Assembly (NCBI GenBank): GCA_963740315.1
Contig: CAVUDP010000001.1
Coordinates: 992,001 to 1,056,000, forward strand
Reading direction: 5' to 3'
DNA length: 64,000 bases
Origin: an uncultured cyanobacterium
Lineage (GTDB): Bacteria; Cyanobacteriota; Cyanobacteriia; Cyanobacteriales; Nostocaceae
Shown in pieces: positions 32,337-42,702 of this stretch. How positions within the stretch are numbered: position 1 is the stretch's first letter; each line of letters begins with the position of its first letter. The notes beneath the pieces are model-generated. The model searched no databases, was not told the origin of the DNA, and saw nothing but the letters and a program-made list of their open reading frames with translations. The position numbers and the translations under genes are program-made.

Positions 32337-32384
32337 CAATTAGTTGAATTTAATTAAACCCGATAAAATATTGCGGTAAAAAAT

Positions 32385-32942
32385 GTAGAGACGTAGCAGT
32401 GCTACGTCTCTTTAATTTTGTAGTTAAATTAGCCTGTATGTTGAATTCACAGCTAACGAAAAACAATCGCCGTAACCCAACATACTAACAACTTAGTTTG
32501 TAGTAAGCGATTTATCGCTTTCTTTGTCAAATCTGATGTTTAAGATGAGGACTAAAGTCCTTACTACAAACAAAATAAAATAAAAATGAATAACGCTCGT
32601 TTAATCAAAATTAGATTGTAGGTTGGCTTCACGGCGCATAATAAATAATCGTTTTCAACTAATAATTAATATTACGCCGTAACCCAACATTCAATTGTGG
32701 TAAGACTATATTTGGGCAAAGATATTTTTTAATTTATCCATAGTACTGATGTTGGGTTACGACACGATTAATATAAATTATCGTCACAAATTAAAATTAT
32801 TTTTCGTGTCTAACCCAACCTACAATAACCCATCATCTTTTCTATTAATATTGTGAATTTGGCAAATATTGGGTTACGACACGATTAATATAAATTATCG
32901 TCACAAATTAAAATAGTTTTTGGTGTCTAACCCAACCTACAA
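32385..32942. repeat. cluster of GTAG-REP-like hairpins from several families
   Basis: Elements at 32385-32411, 32436-32484, 32497-32570 (doublet), 32616-32691, 32749-32825 and 32869-32942; the last two are near-identical direct copies. Confidence 0.8.
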
Positions 32943-32953
32943 TCTATTACCAA

Positions 32954-34324
32954 TTACCAATTCTTCATCAAACATTCGGCAATTCTTTGCGCTGCACCGG
33001 GTTTACCCATGCGTCGATCGCCGTTTTTAGCGATCGCATACAGTCTATCGGGATTCGCTAAAAGGGTTTTGATTTCAGACGCTACATCGTTCGGTTGTTT
33101 GACTAAAATTACTGATGAACCTAAAAGGCGGCTTTGGGCTTCGGCGAAAGCTGGGGTGAATTGGGGCCCTTCTCCTGGTACGATCAATGCTGGTTTACCT
33201 AAGCCTACAAACTGTTCGGTGGCTGTACCCGCCATCGCGATCGCAATGTCTCCAAGATGCAGGCAATCATTATATTCAGTTTGGGTTAAAACAAGGTATG
33301 CATTTTTTTGTTTAAATGTCAATGCTTGGGGGTCGGGAATTTTAATGGGGGATTCTTCGTTGGGTACGATACGCCAATGATTTTTAAGGGTTTTAGCTAA
33401 GATATTGCAGTCTAAACCGGGAGCGATACCTGCTAAGAATACAAGGTTTCCGGAGGTGTGTCCGACGAAATCTTGTTCGCGGAACATTGCGATTAATCCA
33501 GAAACTGCAACTGTAATTTTTTCCCAGTTTGCGTAGGCTTCTGGAGTACGGGAACCGGGTAAGAGGGTAACAACTAAAGGACGTTCTATTTCTTGTCGTC
33601 GAGTATCGATCGTATAAAATTTTTGTAATGGAAAGCTTGGGTTTAAACCATCCATCATTGGGTTGCCCAAATCAAAAGCGGGAATTTTCCACTGTTTTAA
33701 TATTTCTGTGGTTAAAGAATCTCTAGGAAATACAGCTTTGCAGCGATCGCGACTCATTAACCATCTTTCCCAAGGTAGGTAAACAGAACCACTCCAGCCT
33801 TCCCGACGTGCTTTTTGGGTATCTCGTTTCAACCATCCAGTTTCATCTCGCAGATAATATTCCGATTTTGCCGTACCGACGAAAGCATATTCAGAACCGC
33901 TCAAGTAAGCGAACAATAACGGTACGATATCCCCTACAGCCAAAACCTTTGTAGAATAGCCAGATTTTTTCTGAGTTTTTACCCAGCGACGCACGGCTTT
34001 AAATTGATTGAGAGTTAGTTGTAGCAAACCGCCACGTACATCCCGCGCTAACTGTCGCCCATCCATGTATATAAAACCACCACTAGGCATCGAGCGTACT
34101 GAGCCGATCGCGGGAATATTTAGCTTTTGGTAAGCACGCCCTTCACCTACTAAAGGTAAAGCAAAGATTTCCGGCGGATTGTGCTGTTGCAATTCCCGTA
34201 AAATGCGAACTGCAATGACATCTTCCCCATGTCCGTTGCTTAATACTAATAACCGTACATTAGAAGTAGTGGCAGATGTTTTTTCAGTAAAGGGAAGGGG
34301 TGATATTTCACTCATGAGAAACAA
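32954..34324 (-). CDS. lipid-A-disaccharide synthase-related protein
   Basis: LSNGHGED, SGGFIY, GNPMMD, LLPGSR, AMAGTATEQ and GPQFT. Confidence 0.8.
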   Translation of the reverse strand: MFLMSEISPLPFTEKTSATTSNVRLLVLSNGHGEDVIAVRILRELQQHNPPEIFALPLVGEGRAYQKLNIPAIGSVRSMPSGGFIYMDGRQLARDVRGGLLQLTLNQFKAVRRWVKTQKKSGYSTKVLAVGDIVPLLFAYLSGSEYAFVGTAKSEYYLRDETGWLKRDTQKARREGWSGSVYLPWERWLMSRDRCKAVFPRDSLTTEILKQWKIPAFDLGNPMMDGLNPSFPLQKFYTIDTRRQEIERPLVVTLLPGSRTPEAYANWEKITVAVSGLIAMFREQDFVGHTSGNLVFLAGIAPGLDCNILAKTLKNHWRIVPNEESPIKIPDPQALTFKQKNAYLVLTQTEYNDCLHLGDIAIAMAGTATEQFVGLGKPALIVPGEGPQFTPAFAEAQSRLLGSSVILVKQPNDVASEIKTLLANPDRLYAIAKNGDRRMGKPGAAQRIAECLMKNW

Positions 34325-34482
34325 AATTTTTTGATTAGCTGTCTCAAAAGGTAAGAGGGATATATAAAGTTATAAACAAATTGAAGAAACTGGAAGTTGG
34401 TATTATCCCCGGAAGCCGAACCCGATTATCAAAACTTATTATCAAGATACACACTAACTTTCAGTTCTTCAGGTTAAATATT

Positions 34483-36609
34483 ATGCGAGTTTCTTCTGCT
34501 GCAATTTTTACTTTAGCTGCTTTGGCGGCTAGCAATGTTAACCAGCAGGCAACTGCTGCAATCGATTCTACTGCCCCCGATGAGAAAGGTGAAAATGTTG
34601 TAATTCCGGTAGTTGAGGATACCCCCACACCAATACGGGTTATTTCTCAACCGGAAATTTTGGATGTGCAACAGTTTTCATCAGTTACCAGTGAACAGTT
34701 AGCAGTTAACAGTGAACAGTTAGCAGTTACCAGTGAACAGTTACCAATAAAGAGTAAAGGGGTAGAAGCTAAAAAGCAAGAAAAACAAACAGTAATTAAA
34801 ACGAATCCCAATCCCCCTATTTCCCCCTCTCCTCCTCTCCCTCCTTCCAAAACTCCTGTAAAAACCACAAATGATTTGGTTGTTCCTGCTACTGATGTGC
34901 GGATAGTGGGAGTAAGTTCGGAGTTGCAGGAGATTATTAAGGGTGTAATTAAGACGCAACCGGGAGGCGACGCGAGTGAAACTCAGCTAAAACAAGATGT
35001 GGCGGCTATTTTAGAAACTGGTTTCTTTGCTGGTGCTACTGTTAACAGTCGCAGTAACGAGCAAGGTTTGAGCGTAGTGTATCAGGTACAGCCAATAATA
35101 GTACGTTCGCTGCAATTGTCTGGTGCTAAAGCGCTTAATTATCAAGTTGCTCAAAAAGTTTTTCAATCGCAAATCGGCAAGCCTATTAGCCCGGTGGCAA
35201 TGAAAAAAGCGGTAGAGGATATTAATAAGTGGTATAGCGAAAATAGTTATAATCTGGCACGAATAGTTTCCATCAAACCCAACCGTCAAGGGGTATTAGA
35301 TGTAAATGTGGCGGAAGGTGTTATAGGAAACATTAAATTCCGTTTCATTAATGATGATAATAAGACGGTTGATAAAAAAGGTAAGCCAGTAGGGGGACGC
35401 ACTCAAACAGCATTTTTGGACAAGCAAATACAGCTTAAAGAGGGTCAAGTATTCCAAGAAAGCCTGGTTAGAAAAGACGTACAGCGGTTGTATGCGACTG
35501 GATTATTTGAAGCAGTAAATTTGGAACTTGAAGGTGATGCGAATAAAGTTGATGTAGTTTACTACATTAAAGAAACTGGAGCGCGTTCTGTGAATGTCGG
35601 TGGTAATTATAACGCCGACCAAGGAATTGTAGGTACTTTAAACTATAGCGATCGCAATGTTGGTGGTATCCAAGAGAATTTAAATGTTAATCTCCAGCTT
35701 TCGAGGCGCGATTTAAACTTTGATGGTAGGTTTACGAGTCCTTATCGAGCTAATAAACCCGATAATCTCGGCTACAGTATAAATGCTTTTCGTAAACGTC
35801 AACTTTCTAATACTTTCGATAGCGATATCAACCTAGCAAACGGCGATAAAGTCCGAGAAGGAAAGGTTGGTGGTAGTGTAAGTCTTCAACGTCCAATTGA
35901 CGGATGGAACACCAGCTTGGGATTTAACTATACTCGCGTTAGTATCACCGACAGTAAAGGTAAAGTTACTGCCAATGATGTTCAGAATAATCCTTTAACA
36001 AAAAGTGGTACTGGTATTGATGACTTGGCGACTGTATCGTTAAGTGCTGTTAAAGATCGTCGCGATAATCCTTTTAACCCTACGAACGGTTCTATGTTGA
36101 AGTTGAGTACGGAACAATCGCTTCCCTTCGGACAAGGGGAAATATCGATGAACCGTTTAAAAGCTGACTATACGCAGTTTGTACCAGTCCAGTTATTTGA
36201 ATCTTCTAAAACTCAAGTATTTGCTCTAAACGTCCAAGCAGGTACGGTAATTGGAGATTTACCTCCTTATGAAACTTTTAATTTAGGTGGTTCCAATTCC
36301 GTTCGCGGTTATGGCGGTGGTGATGTTGGTAACGGTCGCTCTTACGTATTAGCTTCCGCAGAATATCGCTTTCCCATTCCTGTTTTAGATTCTTTAGGAG
36401 GCGTACTTTTTGCCGATTTTGCCACAGATTTAGGATCTGGCGATACAGTAGTAGGAGATCCGGCTGGAGTACGGGGTAAATCCGGTGAAGGTTTTGGTTA
36501 CGGGGCTGGCTTGCGCGTTAATTCACCTCTAGGTTTAATTCGCGCTGACTACGGTATTAATGACCAAGGGGATACTAAAGTACATTTTGGTATAGGTCAA
36601 CGTTTTTGA
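34483..36609 (+). CDS. Omp85/BamA family outer membrane protein (ORF track extends to 34381)
   Basis: Signal peptide, POTRA-like segments, GGSNSVRGY motif, C-terminal HFGIGQRF. Confidence 0.9.
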   Translation: MRVSSAAIFTLAALAASNVNQQATAAIDSTAPDEKGENVVIPVVEDTPTPIRVISQPEILDVQQFSSVTSEQLAVNSEQLAVTSEQLPIKSKGVEAKKQEKQTVIKTNPNPPISPSPPLPPSKTPVKTTNDLVVPATDVRIVGVSSELQEIIKGVIKTQPGGDASETQLKQDVAAILETGFFAGATVNSRSNEQGLSVVYQVQPIIVRSLQLSGAKALNYQVAQKVFQSQIGKPISPVAMKKAVEDINKWYSENSYNLARIVSIKPNRQGVLDVNVAEGVIGNIKFRFINDDNKTVDKKGKPVGGRTQTAFLDKQIQLKEGQVFQESLVRKDVQRLYATGLFEAVNLELEGDANKVDVVYYIKETGARSVNVGGNYNADQGIVGTLNYSDRNVGGIQENLNVNLQLSRRDLNFDGRFTSPYRANKPDNLGYSINAFRKRQLSNTFDSDINLANGDKVREGKVGGSVSLQRPIDGWNTSLGFNYTRVSITDSKGKVTANDVQNNPLTKSGTGIDDLATVSLSAVKDRRDNPFNPTNGSMLKLSTEQSLPFGQGEISMNRLKADYTQFVPVQLFESSKTQVFALNVQAGTVIGDLPPYETFNLGGSNSVRGYGGGDVGNGRSYVLASAEYRFPIPVLDSLGGVLFADFATDLGSGDTVVGDPAGVRGKSGEGFGYGAGLRVNSPLGLIRADYGINDQGDTKVHFGIGQRF

Positions 36610-37089
36610 TAGTTAATATAACAGTTAACAATAGGCATCTTACTAAGATTTAAGGTATTTTGGGTGTAAGGATACGGAGACGTTGCAGTGCAACGTCTCT
36701 ACATTATTTTGATGTATTAATTAACTGCTAAACGCCTGAGTGGTTAGACGGATTAACCTAACTATGGTATAATCCCCATCTAAACTAATTTTGCCTTCAC
36801 TTATTAAATGGGTAGTATTTATTATCTATTTAATCAATCGAGTTAGAAACTTTGTTGTTTGTTCTTCGTCGTCTGGCATTGTCGGTTATTTATACTGCTC
36901 CAAATCATATATTAAAGTTTAATATGCAATTAGAAAAAGGAATAATTTAAAGCAAACTATATTTACGTATTATTTGTTACTATTTGAAGACTTTCGTTTT
37001 CTAAATATCTAGGTAACAAGCTAGTCCTAGTTTAAAATAAGAAATTACATTGCCTGCGCCTAATTGTTAAATCCCAGAGTTAAATCACT

Positions 37090-38793
37090 ATGCTAACTGG
37101 TAAAACCTTACAGGGTGGTAAATATACTATCAACCAGGAAATTGGAAGGGGTGGTTTTGGTATTACTTACAAAGCAACCCATCATTTCTTGAATCAGGAA
37201 GTGGTGATTAAAACCCTTAACCATAAACTGCAAAAGCATCCAGATTTCGCGAAATTTCAAAGTCAATTTCAAGATGAAGCGAGAAGACTGGCTAGTTGCG
37301 TTCATCCTAATATTGTGCGAGTTAGCGACTTCTTTGTAGAAGCTAGTTTTCCTTATATGGTGATGGAGTATATTCCCGGTGAAACTTTGAGTGAAGCATT
37401 TGTGATGCCGGGAATACCAATACCCGAAGAAACAGCAATTCATTACATTCGTCAAATTGGTGCGGCGTTGGGGGTAGTACATCAAAAAGGTTTACTGCAC
37501 CGGGATGTAAAACCAGATAATATTATTCTTCGCCAAAACACTCAAGAAGTAATTTTAATTGATTTTGGTATTGCACGGGAATTTAACACTGGGGTAAGAC
37601 AAACTCATACCGGAATGGTATCTGAAGGCTATTCCCCGATGGAACAATATCTTACAAGTGCAAAGCGATCGCCAGCTACTGATGTATACGGTTTGGCATC
37701 GACATTATATGCATTATTAACGGCACAAGTACCCATGCCGGTATTGTTGCGCGATCGCGAAAAAATGCCTGCTCCTCGCGAGTTGCAGCCACATTTGACT
37801 GCGGCAGCAAACCAAGCGGTAATGCGCGGTATGGCTGTAGAAGCGCGTTTTCGTCCGCAAACGGTAGCGGAATGGTTAGAATTACTTCCTGGTGTAGGAA
37901 GAAGAACTGTGATTCAGCCAGTACCGACTCATGCCGTACCGACTATTGATTTATCTACTCAAGAATACGAACCAACTTTACCGCCTCCTGCTGTAGCGGT
38001 AATCAATCCCGATATACCATCGAAAGAATTAAATTCAGAAGAAGCAGCTACCCAGATCGAAAAACCTTGGTTTAAGAGAATACGTTCACCTAGAGCTGCG
38101 ATCGGTGCGGGTGTAGCAATTTTTGGGATTACATTAGGTTTTGGACTGACTAAGATTGCTTCTACTGCCGAAAGACAGCAAAAAGTTGCACCACTCGAAG
38201 CGCCAATAAATGAAGCAGCCGCAGAAATACCGAATATAAAATTATTTCCTTCTCCTTCTCCTTCACCTTCACCTTCACCTTCAGCTTCACCTCAAAAAAC
38301 TGAAGATACAGAAGAAGCAAAAACGCCTTCAAGCACTAAGACTACAACTCCAAGAAGAGTTAGAAGGAGAAATACAACCAGAAAATCAACACCAACTTAC
38401 ACTCGCAAACGACGCAGGCGTAGCAATACTGCCTCTTCTCAGGAGAATAAAAAATCAACTTCAACTTCAAGTCAATCTAATTCATCATCTTCAAGACGCA
38501 GCTCGGAGAATAATACGGAAGGTACATCGCAAAGACGACGCAGCACTAGCGATACACCTAAAACTTCTATTACACCCAAAAAAGTAGTTCCCTCACCATC
38601 TTTAGTAGAAAGGCTGAGAAAAGTTAGAGATTCTCGTAGTAACAATTCATCTCCTAAAGATAGCGTCAAATTGAAACCTGTAAAAAAACCCAATCAACCT
38701 GTAGTAGTACCAGCTGCACCGGCAAAACAAGCAAAACCCGATACTCCAGCAGTGGTAGTACCAACTCAACAGGTGAACACTAATTCACAATAA
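37090..38793 (+). CDS. Ser/Thr protein kinase with TM helix and low-complexity tail
   Basis: [21 protein letters not shown]; hydrophobic segment, then a PS/R/S/T-rich tail. Confidence 0.92.
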   Translation: MLTGKTLQGGKYTINQEIGRGGFGITYKATHHFLNQEVVIKTLNHKLQKHPDFAKFQSQFQDEARRLASCVHPNIVRVSDFFVEASFPYMVMEYIPGETLSEAFVMPGIPIPEETAIHYIRQIGAALGVVHQKGLLHRDVKPDNIILRQNTQEVILIDFGIAREFNTGVRQTHTGMVSEGYSPMEQYLTSAKRSPATDVYGLASTLYALLTAQVPMPVLLRDREKMPAPRELQPHLTAAANQAVMRGMAVEARFRPQTVAEWLELLPGVGRRTVIQPVPTHAVPTIDLSTQEYEPTLPPPAVAVINPDIPSKELNSEEAATQIEKPWFKRIRSPRAAIGAGVAIFGITLGFGLTKIASTAERQQKVAPLEAPINEAAAEIPNIKLFPSPSPSPSPSPSASPQKTEDTEEAKTPSSTKTTTPRRVRRRNTTRKSTPTYTRKRRRRSNTASSQENKKSTSTSSQSNSSSSRRSSENNTEGTSQRRRSTSDTPKTSITPKKVVPSPSLVERLRKVRDSRSNNSSPKDSVKLKPVKKPNQPVVVPAAPAKQAKPDTPAVVVPTQQVNTNSQ

Positions 38794-38948
38794 GTAATTA
38801 CTCCCTTCCCGGCGTTGAGTGAGGGGGAAGAGGGGGAAGAGGGGGGAGAAATTTTATAGGTAATCTAAGTGAAACGGGAGTAATATATGCCCATGCCCAA
38901 CGGCGAATAAAATATCATATCTTAAACCCGATCGCTGATAACTGAATT

Positions 38949-39920
38949 CTACTTCCAATTTCCTACAGCTTTGGAAATAGCAAACTTTTGTTCAATTTGT
39001 AGTATTGCAGCTTGCCAAACTTCATACCCGTTTAAACTTAAATGCAAGCCATCGGTAGTTAAATCTTGCCGTAAATCGCCTTTGAAATCGGCAAACCATT
39101 TGTGAAGATTAACGTAATTAACTTTTTCTTGTTTCGCAATCAGTGCTAATTGGGCATTGATATTGCGAATGCGGCTATTAGGAATTGTTGGTAGACGAGT
39201 TGGTAATATTGACTGAATAACAATATAGCTATTAGGATGAGTAATCTTCAAACGACGAACCATTCGCCGATGATTGTCCAAAATTACTCGATCTGACGTA
39301 CCTTTTCTTAAATCGTTGACTCCAGCCATAATATAAATTATTTCTGGCTTTGTAGAAGAAAACGCCGATAGTCTTGTTAATATTCCAGTGGAAGTATCGC
39401 CTGATATGCCTTGATTTAACCATAACTTTCCACTTGGAAGTCGATTGTTAGGAAACCACAGACTCAAAGAATCCCCTACCATAATACTCAAGCGATTTTT
39501 ACCTTGTCCTTTAACCATTGCTCTGGCTTCTAGAGCTAACAATCTTTTCCAATCTTGATATGTTAATTTAGGCTTTCTCTGCGTAATTAATAGCGATTGC
39601 AACTTTTCACTAGCCAAGCGCGTATAAATATAACCTGCTTTCAGGGCTGCTAACCTTTCGTAATAAAGTTGATTTCCAGATATTAACCTTCTTTTTACAG
39701 GTTGAGGAGGGTTAAAAGAAGATTCTGCGGGTGATGAAAGCGCTTGAGATACAAAGTCCGATTCAGAGACTGTATTCTCTACTTGTTTTGCTTCCCAGCC
39801 ATCTTGCCGATTGAATAAAAGCTGATAATGCTGCGGTTTGAGTGCTGGTAGCTGCGGTAAAGCCGATATTGGTAGCGTCAATCCGATTAACAAGCTTGTT
39901 GCGAGTAAATACAATCTCAT
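38949..39920 (-). CDS. SGNH/GDSL hydrolase
   Basis: GDSLS, NQGISGD, GVND and DGLH blocks; N-terminal signal peptide. Confidence 0.88.
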   Translation of the reverse strand: MRLYLLATSLLIGLTLPISALPQLPALKPQHYQLLFNRQDGWEAKQVENTVSESDFVSQALSSPAESSFNPPQPVKRRLISGNQLYYERLAALKAGYIYTRLASEKLQSLLITQRKPKLTYQDWKRLLALEARAMVKGQGKNRLSIMVGDSLSLWFPNNRLPSGKLWLNQGISGDTSTGILTRLSAFSSTKPEIIYIMAGVNDLRKGTSDRVILDNHRRMVRRLKITHPNSYIVIQSILPTRLPTIPNSRIRNINAQLALIAKQEKVNYVNLHKWFADFKGDLRQDLTTDGLHLSLNGYEVWQAAILQIEQKFAISKAVGNWK

Positions 39921-40234
39921 CTTATTTTTTCTTTCCTCCCTACTTAATCAGGTGACGGTATTAGCTTGCTGAATTGACAAAAAATAGTAATAAAAGCTAA
40001 TTCATTGTTTTTATTATTTTCAAATAGATCCCATAGAGATGTAAAGCCACTTTTAGGTGTAGGGATTAAATTTTTGACAAAGAAATATCGGTATATTCGG
40101 AGACTTGATGAAGTTTTTACATTTGCGAATTTAGAGTGCAGCAAATTTACATAATTATATGTAAGCAAGCATTTAGTTTCAGTTTAAAAATATACCCATA
40201 AAAAAGCGCAGTCACCGTAACTGCGAATTAATGT

Positions 40235-41143
40235 TTATCTAATTTCTCCATCTTCAAATCTATACTTACTCCCTATCAGATAACTTTCATTAATTTCAAA
40301 CGACATCCAACGGCGTTGCAAAGTTTCCGCAACAAAACCTGTTGTATTAGAACCTGCGAAGGGATCTAAAATAACATCACCTTCATCTGTCAAAAATTTA
40401 ATGAAGAACTCCGCGAAACCACGGGGAAAACGTGCTGGGTGAGGTTTGATTCCCGCTTGTTTACAGCGTCGCATATAAAAACTGTTTGATTCGGTGTTAG
40501 CAATTTCTAACAAATTTGGTGGAATAGCACCTTTATTGTCTTTTTGGAATTTATCGGAAATATCGTGTCCGCTGGGACGTAATTTTGCTTTATAGCCTTT
40601 TTTTAGTAATTTTTTCATACTCTGGCTATAAGGTTTCAAAACTTTGCGGTTATCGGCTTTGGGATGAGGAGTTTTCGATAGCCACCAAACTGAATTAACT
40701 GAATCTTTAACTCGTATGCGTTTAATAGTTACCCATTCTGCGGGGGTAGGTAATCTAGAAGGATTGTAATGAAAAAATTCTTGAGCCAGATAAAAGCCGA
40801 CTTCTTTGCAGAGTCTGACTAAAAGCTCGTATTGGTAAATGCTACGAATCGGATTACCCGGAAGATAAGCGCCGCCTAAATCTAATACAAAAGAGCCGTT
40901 TATTGTAAGTACTCTTTTAAATTCATCAGCAAAAGGTAGAAACCATTCGATATATTTATCCGCGCTTTCGTTACCGTATTCTTTTTTGCGAGTTAGCGCG
41001 AATGGTGGGGAAGTAACGATTAAATTTATGCTGTTTTCTGGGATTGTTTTGATTAATTCTAAGCTGTCACCTAAATAGGCTGCGCCGTGATTTGTGGAGT
41101 AGTAGGGGGGGAGGTTGGTTAAGTTTGGGGGGTTATCTTTCAA
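40235..41143 (-). CDS. orphan beta-class amino-DNA methyltransferase, M.PvuII-like
   Basis: TSPPF (motif IV) precedes DPFAGSNTT (motif I); SPPFALxRKKEYGN, RPSGHDI, IPPNLL and HPARFP recall M.PvuII. Confidence 0.85.
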   Translation of the reverse strand: MKDNPPNLTNLPPYYSTNHGAAYLGDSLELIKTIPENSINLIVTSPPFALTRKKEYGNESADKYIEWFLPFADEFKRVLTINGSFVLDLGGAYLPGNPIRSIYQYELLVRLCKEVGFYLAQEFFHYNPSRLPTPAEWVTIKRIRVKDSVNSVWWLSKTPHPKADNRKVLKPYSQSMKKLLKKGYKAKLRPSGHDISDKFQKDNKGAIPPNLLEIANTESNSFYMRRCKQAGIKPHPARFPRGFAEFFIKFLTDEGDVILDPFAGSNTTGFVAETLQRRWMSFEINESYLIGSKYRFEDGEIR

Positions 41144-41146
41144 ATA

Positions 41147-41197
41147 CCTGGCGAATGGAATTCGCGGCTACACAAGCAAAACCCGCCTGCGCGGGTT
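41147..41197. repeat. dispersed GCTACACA-GCAAA-hairpin repeat (half copy)
   Basis: Fuller relatives at about 56595-56745 and 59810-59905. Confidence 0.7.
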
Positions 41198-41235
41198 ATA
41201 GATTGAAGTTTATCATTAGATATTATTTTTTATTT

Positions 41236-41307
41236 TGTAGGTTAGTTTCACGGCGCAGGAAAAGGCGTGGTTTTTGATGAATAATCTGCATCGCCGTAAC
41301 TCAACAT
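41236..41307 (+). repeat. long-loop GTAG-REP-like hairpin
   Basis: GTAGGTTAGTTTCACGGCG-36 nt-CGCCGTAACTCAACA; same arms as 32616-32691. Confidence 0.7.
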
Positions 41308-41402
41308 TTCATTGTTAGTTATCTAGATAATTTTATGGGGAAGAGGCGGGCTGGAAGCCCACCCCACAAGAAAATTATTAGATAAAAATCTGAATTATGG
41401 AA

Positions 41403-41873
41403 TTATTCTGATAATCGCCATAAAAAAGGGTATTCTTCTGGAGTATTACAAAGACTTGCTTTAACTGGATTTTGTCTAATATATTCCCAATAATAACTGA
41501 ATTCTTGGTCGTTTCTAACAATATGGTCATGCCGTTCATCTTGCCATACTGTTCCTATATGTTTCATAACTTTAGGAATTTGATTAGCACTGTAACTTTT
41601 AATGCTGTGCAATATACTACTAAGCGACCAAAATTGCTTTTCTGATTTAGGCAAGGGTTTTATTAATATATGTACGTGGTCTACCATTACAACTAAAACA
41701 AATATTTGATATCTTTTATTATTGAAAAACAAGCAGCTATCAAAAACAACTTGTCTTGCTTCTGGAGTAAGCTCTAATTTTTCCCAAGTATTGAAAGTAA
41801 TAAAATAAGTAGAACCTTCTAACTCCCAGTGAGGTAATCTTCTCTGGGAGGTTGTAAATTTTGATTTTTGCAT
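41403..41873 (-). CDS. REP-associated tyrosine transposase (RAYT, Y1 HUH family)
   Basis: RRLPHW, YFITF, VMVDHVH (HUH), VWQ...DHIVR, YIRQNPVKA (catalytic Tyr); flanked by REPs. Confidence 0.88.
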   Translation of the reverse strand: MQKSKFTTSQRRLPHWELEGSTYFITFNTWEKLELTPEARQVVFDSCLFFNNKRYQIFVLVVMVDHVHILIKPLPKSEKQFWSLSSILHSIKSYSANQIPKVMKHIGTVWQDERHDHIVRNDQEFSYYWEYIRQNPVKASLCNTPEEYPFLWRLSE

Positions 41874-42087
41874 TTGATTTTAAAAAATGATTAAAGTTGG
41901 TTTGGGCGGGCAAGGATGCCCACCCCACAAGAGTTTGAGTATTTAAAACTTAGGTTTTAATCTAAATCGATTTTATTCGGTAAATTTTTGTTTGTCTTGT
42001 AGATTGGGCGGGCAGGGATGCCCACCCCACAAGAAACAAGAAAATATTAATTGTTGCTATGTGTTAGTTAAATTCGGCAATTGAACT

Positions 42088-42567
42088 ATGAAAGAATATA
42101 AAAGAAGGATAGAAGAAAGGCGAGAACTGAACCGATGCTTTGATGCTGGAGACATCGAGTTTATCAACAGATTTTTTACCCCCAGTATAAGTACTGAAGA
42201 ATTTCTCGAATATGTTGCTGCTGGCGAAAAGGACTTTGTTGATATCTGCCTCGCAGGACTCAATCTTGCGCGAATCAACTTGGCTAATACTAATTTGACT
42301 GGAGTTAAATTAGTAGGAAGTAATCTGAGCGGTGCTAACCTGACTGCTGCTAATCTGAGTTATGCCTATTTAGATGGGGCTAATCTTAAAGGTTCTAATT
42401 TAGAGGGTGCCAACATTACTGAAGCTTCCGTTGTGGGAACTAACTTTGAAAATGCCAACCTGCGAGGAACTGTTGGTTTCTTTGGTGAGGCTCTTGGATC
42501 TTTCTATCACAATACTATTATGCGTAACGGTGGTATTTGTACTCAACCGTATACGGAAGAATATTGA
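42088..42567 (+). CDS. pentapeptide repeat protein
   Basis: AAGEKDF cap followed by NL/A(N/Y)L pentapeptides. Confidence 0.82.
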   Translation: MKEYKRRIEERRELNRCFDAGDIEFINRFFTPSISTEEFLEYVAAGEKDFVDICLAGLNLARINLANTNLTGVKLVGSNLSGANLTAANLSYAYLDGANLKGSNLEGANITEASVVGTNFENANLRGTVGFFGEALGSFYHNTIMRNGGICTQPYTEEY

Positions 42568-42637
42568 TTATCTCTTGTGGGGTGGGCTTCCAGCCCGCCA
42601 TTTATTTCTATTCATTCCCAACCCCCAACTCCATACA

Positions 42638-42671
42638 AAAAAATCCCCCACCTTTCGATGAGGGATTTTTT
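42638..42671. terminator. bidirectional terminator downstream of psaB
   Basis: AAAAAATCCC...GGGATTTTTT between convergent genes. Confidence 0.65.
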
Positions 42672-42702
42672 GTTTCTAACAAGTTACTTACTTTGTTAAA
42701 GG

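Larger units (their letters stand above)
41345..42599. mobile_element. REPtron: RAYT gene with four GTGG-type REPs (41345-41371, 41904-41932, 42006-42034, 42573-42599)
   Basis: REP consensus TCTTGTGG-GGTGGGC-N5/6-GCCCGCC, seen only around the RAYT in this window; the outer two copies are exact reverse complements. Confidence 0.8.

Noticed and set aside
39944..41400. Restriction endonuclease partner for the methyltransferase
   Set aside because: Only short, repeat-derived or AT-rich ORFs flank the MTase
41403..41873. IS200/IS605 insertion sequence with tnpB
   Set aside because: No tnpB is present; motifs and multiple flanking REPs fit a RAYT better
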